From Rubripirellula sp. (GTDB taxonomy: Bacteria; Planctomycetota; Planctomycetia; Pirellulales; Pirellulaceae), in assembly GCA_965216875.1 (NCBI GenBank), contig OZ244207.1, positions 4,288,001 through 4,352,000 of the forward strand: a stretch of 64,000 nt of DNA. The letters are read 5' to 3'. Both the position numbers and the translations under genes were made by a program. Shown here piece after piece: positions 61,501-64,000 of the stretch. The notes under the pieces are model-generated. The model saw only the letters and a list, made by a program, of their open reading frames with translations, had not been told where the DNA came from and did not search any database. Position 1 is the first letter of the stretch. Every line of letters begins with the position of its first letter.

Positions 61501-61612
61501 TCAACGTCCGCGAGGATTCTACATCATCGACCGCAGCGTCCCCGTGATGTACCGACCAGGCGAGATCAACAACACCGAAGGCGTCATTCAACTGTCGCGA
61601 AAACTCAACTAG
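55505..61612 (+). CDS. Giant PilX/GspK-like prepilin protein (2035 aa)
   Basis: RRG|IVLLVVLG (hydrophobic residue instead of Glu5); several DxDxDG motifs; SNIFAVWITVGFFEV C-terminus; GGGAG RBS. Confidence 0.78.
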   Translation: MNLRNSSNDMRITSASQQRRGIVLLVVLGMLTLFSMLAVSYLVFSARHKSAAEAMNRAETSAIDSGSLLDQAMNTALVGSNGPSSALWGHSLLGDLYGMRDGVASELTIPSAYAHAGNNDIAPAALLDGNFIRFPTELFRSGSNTYPFRRNEPGRPQREYPASASPSFPIDDQVTGRLLTFREGPLANLTMEIVRYFGNHLNLPATNPRRGLSGQVVVDVRPHLNTQIELNGRTLTLREWINLAATTSFTISELFYDQNAIAGSSAVPLSDFYVNGRILNGPGLGWDHVRDSAMTVTTMEHNLNDVVSTTVELFPTPSGPATGRSGVNFSNANGRDLPVALQGHYGLHRLDPANNSTIDDFINDLPPGDVDEGFDAPTYDDLWLSYFPNDPELGQATPSFVRPALINWLINQKGDLTMLSQQERTSILRAIQRSTLRPLPISNSSGTIPNASTGTYTLNFSEFTGSNGLLGPGATTLGTLPIDPTSVTAAQILRIARALAGSDSNGDGIPDSWDVDTDGDGIPDSVWVDSGLALIESPEGQLIKPMVAYKIEALSGRADVNRAGNTAQAINQINATVANTVGPVQQNSPTGTPAVNPATVPNAYIQNDVPSGFGYGPAEIDLRAIFLPQYATGNGMRELMKLRYNQFDFGAPVVNYYSPGEHYTQLTGSSNDLLGRFRHPSRPNFFAPDTRHGLPYDPHGRATVALGVDGGLMVNRSSYRVGNSGPSNLGPTGGQINDDPYEIVFNASTAPDATLKYADLEPVLRFNDYDRDLLGSRLVDLINNYHADPSAVPDQLEAVRKLLADSVTTSSSSAATVTGLLPSEWRNSTAASQGAFSANNVFWANIAGANAAQRNARMWELLAPELRRGSKFNLNRPFENGVDDDGDGVIDDPEEIGNIAPSPAPPRVFYNGTRWATDRHDVTPAEPGRNSRETFARHLYFMALSLIRDANGGTEFDFPHDPSIVPGGFAGIGGLTFQQEYNAWKIAQWAINVVDFRDQDGIMTRFRYDPNPFDGWDVDTSDPTTYRTVWGMEHPELTLDESLAFHDRRLRDTAEDTTMQRRISGGTFQDDDPDQWRIPQGSLFLEVRSTRSPQELLNPPASVNDDLRATRWAAPVELYERVNNPVTGVDELVLQLDLEAPDMNPVWRVAISEIHEGTSPAARPERCPDFLFKPAGSLLPTDTNAGGVNLNRETTIPEPNQPNFFEAPVAGGIERVIWFTNRDPDADADGTVDFTVPADSAEVGRIFYNRFTTTDYSTVTGGGAALRGGQYAVIGPRQITPLGSLETHATSGPTLDANNAPQVNYTDYESTQRIGITAGGLAMTDIAGNATTPTADNGTGVANATIQAPLGVVAAANAPLSWGGGQVGVNVSEPLPWATPDLAATPPRRYYPQPTRSLDPTQGYPVDSYYDYSNAMGQLPDTPFDSQTYAELDRAFGALGQQTGTRTHFKTAYLQRLADPTEGYHPTDNPYITVDYIAIDLTVFNGAMTNDQITNSGGTTQWRDEADMDPFNAAPAERFATRYKTGSNWDNDSTTTQANQIFSINTFAPELSDPQTTTGGNIAFFNHKLHLDPLVDPDAGGTVNATADRTAHSSSLGYLNASFGQRWGQAGTANASMGRYVGLPFDTFGANVQWLNRDFVSPIELAWVPTSAPGRLGAEFGTATTESGMPASPDPYDDANNSTATTLGRYDYNQQFPHLWNFLSSNVNDFSMSPNMLRILEWVEVPPPFDADIDFVSTDQDVLDPTVQPVFPATWNYATFGTAPSANPETWNNSAGPPGQNAFWLNQVTTETLRPPFNIRFPNYRTGMVNLNVIKNKNVFKAVMNGFSTSSERAGDGAFWDDFIASRRGYATPAGDATGSNPLHSSFSAYFPTQQAGAFRPANTADVGISYSAPTGATAPAPPNPIMRRDPVQGTILRKGPLANRMLFRRDPTMAPVLNANAQSPERSVVHQQLGASRLANLTSNQSNIFAVWITVGFFEVDPSTLLVGPEVGLDLGQTQRPRGFYIIDRSVPVMYRPGEINNTEGVIQLSRKLN

Positions 61613-61626
61613 CCGAATCGACTGAA

Positions 61627-63951
61627 ATGTTTTTAAGCACTCGAACCTCCAAACGCGGCTTCACCCTGGTGGAATTGCTGATTGCGATGGCAATCACACT
61701 TCTGCTGATGGCGGGCTTGGCCAAAGCCTTTGCCATGATTGGTAACAGCATGAAGGAAGGCCGCAGCAAGTTGACGCTAAGCGGAAAACTTCGTGGCCTC
61801 AGTTTTCGACTCCGCAGCGACCTTCGTTCACGTACCGTCCAAGCGTCGCCACCGATTCGCGCAACCGACGACCAAGGCTACTTCATGTACTACGAAGGGC
61901 CACTTTCCGAACATTCGATGGCGTTGTTCGGCGATGAGGCGCTTCGATACACGCGTGGTGGCGACGAGATTGGTTCGTCATCACCTGCCTTTGCAACCAC
62001 AGTCGATGGCCCAACCTATCGTCGACACAGCCGATTTGGTGACATTGATGACTATGTCGCCTTCACGGCCGAAGCGCCGGCAGGCAGCTGGTTTACTGGA
62101 AAAGTACCGGCCTACATGGTCGAGGATGACCCCACCATGGCTGACCCGATGGAACCGCGCACCATCCGGTCGAAATACGCCGAGATCATCATGTGGGCTT
62201 CTCCTACATGGCAAACCGACGAATCAACCAACGACCTGGTCTACAGCCCCGCGCCGAGCGGAATGCCCGCCTACGTTGACGACAACAACGACTTGATTCC
62301 AGATTCGGTCACCATTCATCAACGGGTGTTGTTGATTCGACCTGACCTCAACTCGTTCGGAAACATCACAACAACGAATGCAGGATCAGCATTTGAATCC
62401 GACTACCTACGCACCCTCGGCGGTGGCGGTCCCGCAAATGTCCCACCGGCAATCCAAGGGATCTACCCCATTGGTAACCCCAACATAGCAGCTGGCAGCC
62501 GGTACTACCCAAGCTACGTCGATCCGGGCAGCCTGACGCAACCCCATCTCATGTTCAACAGCCATTGGCTTGTGGGCATGGCGCCGGTCCATCATTTCTT
62601 TGACATTTCGCTGCGTCGCATTGTTCATCCCGAAACAGGTGAACCGACCGAGTATGTCGCTGCCAATTCGCTTGAAGACTTGACGGAACCGCATAACCGT
62701 TTCGGCCACGTTCGATACCCAGGTCGCTACTTTGGTCTAAGCGGTGCAAACGACAATGCGACATCCATGCCTCTGTTGGCCGTTGCTTGGAACGATGCGC
62801 TATTGCGGCGTGCGACGCCTCCTGCGTGGTTCCCAACGGGATACCCAAGCCCGACCACCTTGTACAATTCGAGCACTGGTGCACGCACCTCGCTGTTCAA
62901 CGGTTGGTTGCTGCCACATTTCTCCCTTGGCGACCCCAACCCTCCCACAGCAGACTCGTCGAACTGGCAACGCAACTATTTGGGAACGCGTGATCCTCGC
63001 TGGGACCGAACCGGCGAAGACATCATCGCCGCGAACGTCCACTCGTTTGACGTGAAGGGTTACGATTCGATCGCACCTGTTTTCTTGACCTCTGGTTTTG
63101 ATGGGCAACCCGGACGGGCAGGAGTTGATGATGACAGCAGCGGAAGTGCGGACACGTCCGTTCTCACTGCAAATCAGCAAGTCATGTCTGAACTTGGAGC
63201 GATCGGCAGCGATGATGTTCTTGTCCAAATGGGCGACATTGCAATCAACGAAGTGATGAAGTCGTACATCACCGACCCCAGAGATGTCGCGAGCTACACC
63301 GCCGCCGAGCTTGCCCAGCGGCGGTTCCAAATGCTCGCCAACACGGGAGACTTTGTCGATCTGATGTACCCGCTTCAAGCGGGTGGCCCGCTCCTCGACC
63401 TGTATCGTGAAGGCCCTGGACCTTACGCGACGACGCCACCGGCCACACCTCCAACGCCGCCACTCTCAGTGGCGCAGCAGAACGCTCAAAACAACTTCAA
63501 CAACTTCCTTGTCACGGACCTGTCGGGTTGGCCACTTTCGGTCGGTACGTTGAGTTCGATGAAACGCAGCGGAAAACTCGTTCACACGAACCCGCTCAAT
63601 GGAAGCTTTGCCTTCATGCAACCCTGTTTTGATACGTGGAGCGACCGGTACGAGAGCGATGGCTTCGACCAAACCGCAAATCTCACCGGCGAATTGCGTG
63701 GAAACAACGGCTCGGTCTGGGTCCTCTACGATGAACAGGCTGGCTTCCCGCCACGTGTTCCTCGAATCGCCCCGAGCGCAGCCGCAAACCGAATTTTTGC
63801 GATCGACTCTTCCAAGTACGACTCAGAACAACGCGAAACGAGCGCTCCGTTCGAGTCACCATTACCGGCCGTCAGCATTACGATTCGCTTGGCCGATCCG
63901 GCGACGGGCGAAATCGCGCAAAGCACGGTGATCGAAGACTTGCTCGACTAG
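61627..63951 (+). CDS. Prepilin-type protein, PilW/GspJ-like (774 aa)
   Basis: KRG|FTLVELLIAMAI; LRSDL helix; ED.I..NV.SFDVK; V.ITIRL.D C-terminus. Confidence 0.82.
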   Translation: MFLSTRTSKRGFTLVELLIAMAITLLLMAGLAKAFAMIGNSMKEGRSKLTLSGKLRGLSFRLRSDLRSRTVQASPPIRATDDQGYFMYYEGPLSEHSMALFGDEALRYTRGGDEIGSSSPAFATTVDGPTYRRHSRFGDIDDYVAFTAEAPAGSWFTGKVPAYMVEDDPTMADPMEPRTIRSKYAEIIMWASPTWQTDESTNDLVYSPAPSGMPAYVDDNNDLIPDSVTIHQRVLLIRPDLNSFGNITTTNAGSAFESDYLRTLGGGGPANVPPAIQGIYPIGNPNIAAGSRYYPSYVDPGSLTQPHLMFNSHWLVGMAPVHHFFDISLRRIVHPETGEPTEYVAANSLEDLTEPHNRFGHVRYPGRYFGLSGANDNATSMPLLAVAWNDALLRRATPPAWFPTGYPSPTTLYNSSTGARTSLFNGWLLPHFSLGDPNPPTADSSNWQRNYLGTRDPRWDRTGEDIIAANVHSFDVKGYDSIAPVFLTSGFDGQPGRAGVDDDSSGSADTSVLTANQQVMSELGAIGSDDVLVQMGDIAINEVMKSYITDPRDVASYTAAELAQRRFQMLANTGDFVDLMYPLQAGGPLLDLYREGPGPYATTPPATPPTPPLSVAQQNAQNNFNNFLVTDLSGWPLSVGTLSSMKRSGKLVHTNPLNGSFAFMQPCFDTWSDRYESDGFDQTANLTGELRGNNGSVWVLYDEQAGFPPRVPRIAPSAAANRIFAIDSSKYDSEQRETSAPFESPLPAVSITIRLADPATGEIAQSTVIEDLLD

Positions 63952-64000
63952 TCGGCCAGGCTGCCGCTTAGTAGATAACCGTTGATGAGGTTGGCCGATT

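Overview
The window looks like a Planctomycetota chromosome segment, most likely Pirellulaceae (inferred from gene content and protein style), with about 42 CDS. I saw no rRNA, tRNA, CRISPR array, transposase, integrase or phage genes. From left to right it holds: a small membrane protein plus DsbB-like pair, DUF4261, tpm, and an AhpD/cupin pair divergent from a MocR regulator. A 7-heme cytochrome c/TPR protein follows, then a remnant dcw pair (a MurB-like protein that seems to lack its catalytic Ser/Glu, and an FtsQ-like protein). Next come tkt, surE, guaA, ettA, an 86-aa Lys-rich histone-H1-like protein and several hypotheticals. An XylR-controlled four-gene operon reads as L-galactose to L-galactonate to D-tagaturonate to D-fructuronate (UxaE). 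A BlaI/BlaR1(M56) module has a visible promoter and twin operators, followed by aspS, an MFS transporter and a glutathione peroxidase. The last 21 kb is a type IV filament locus: two PilB/GspE ATPases (only one with an intact MshEN c-di-GMP motif), PilT, a PilC with a 70-aa hydrophobic insertion, and six oversized prepilin-like proteins including a 2035-aa PilX/GspK-like protein. Intergenic DNA is densely filled with at least 8 distinct REP-like palindrome families stacked as mosaics. All functional calls come from motif recognition only; no database searches were run.
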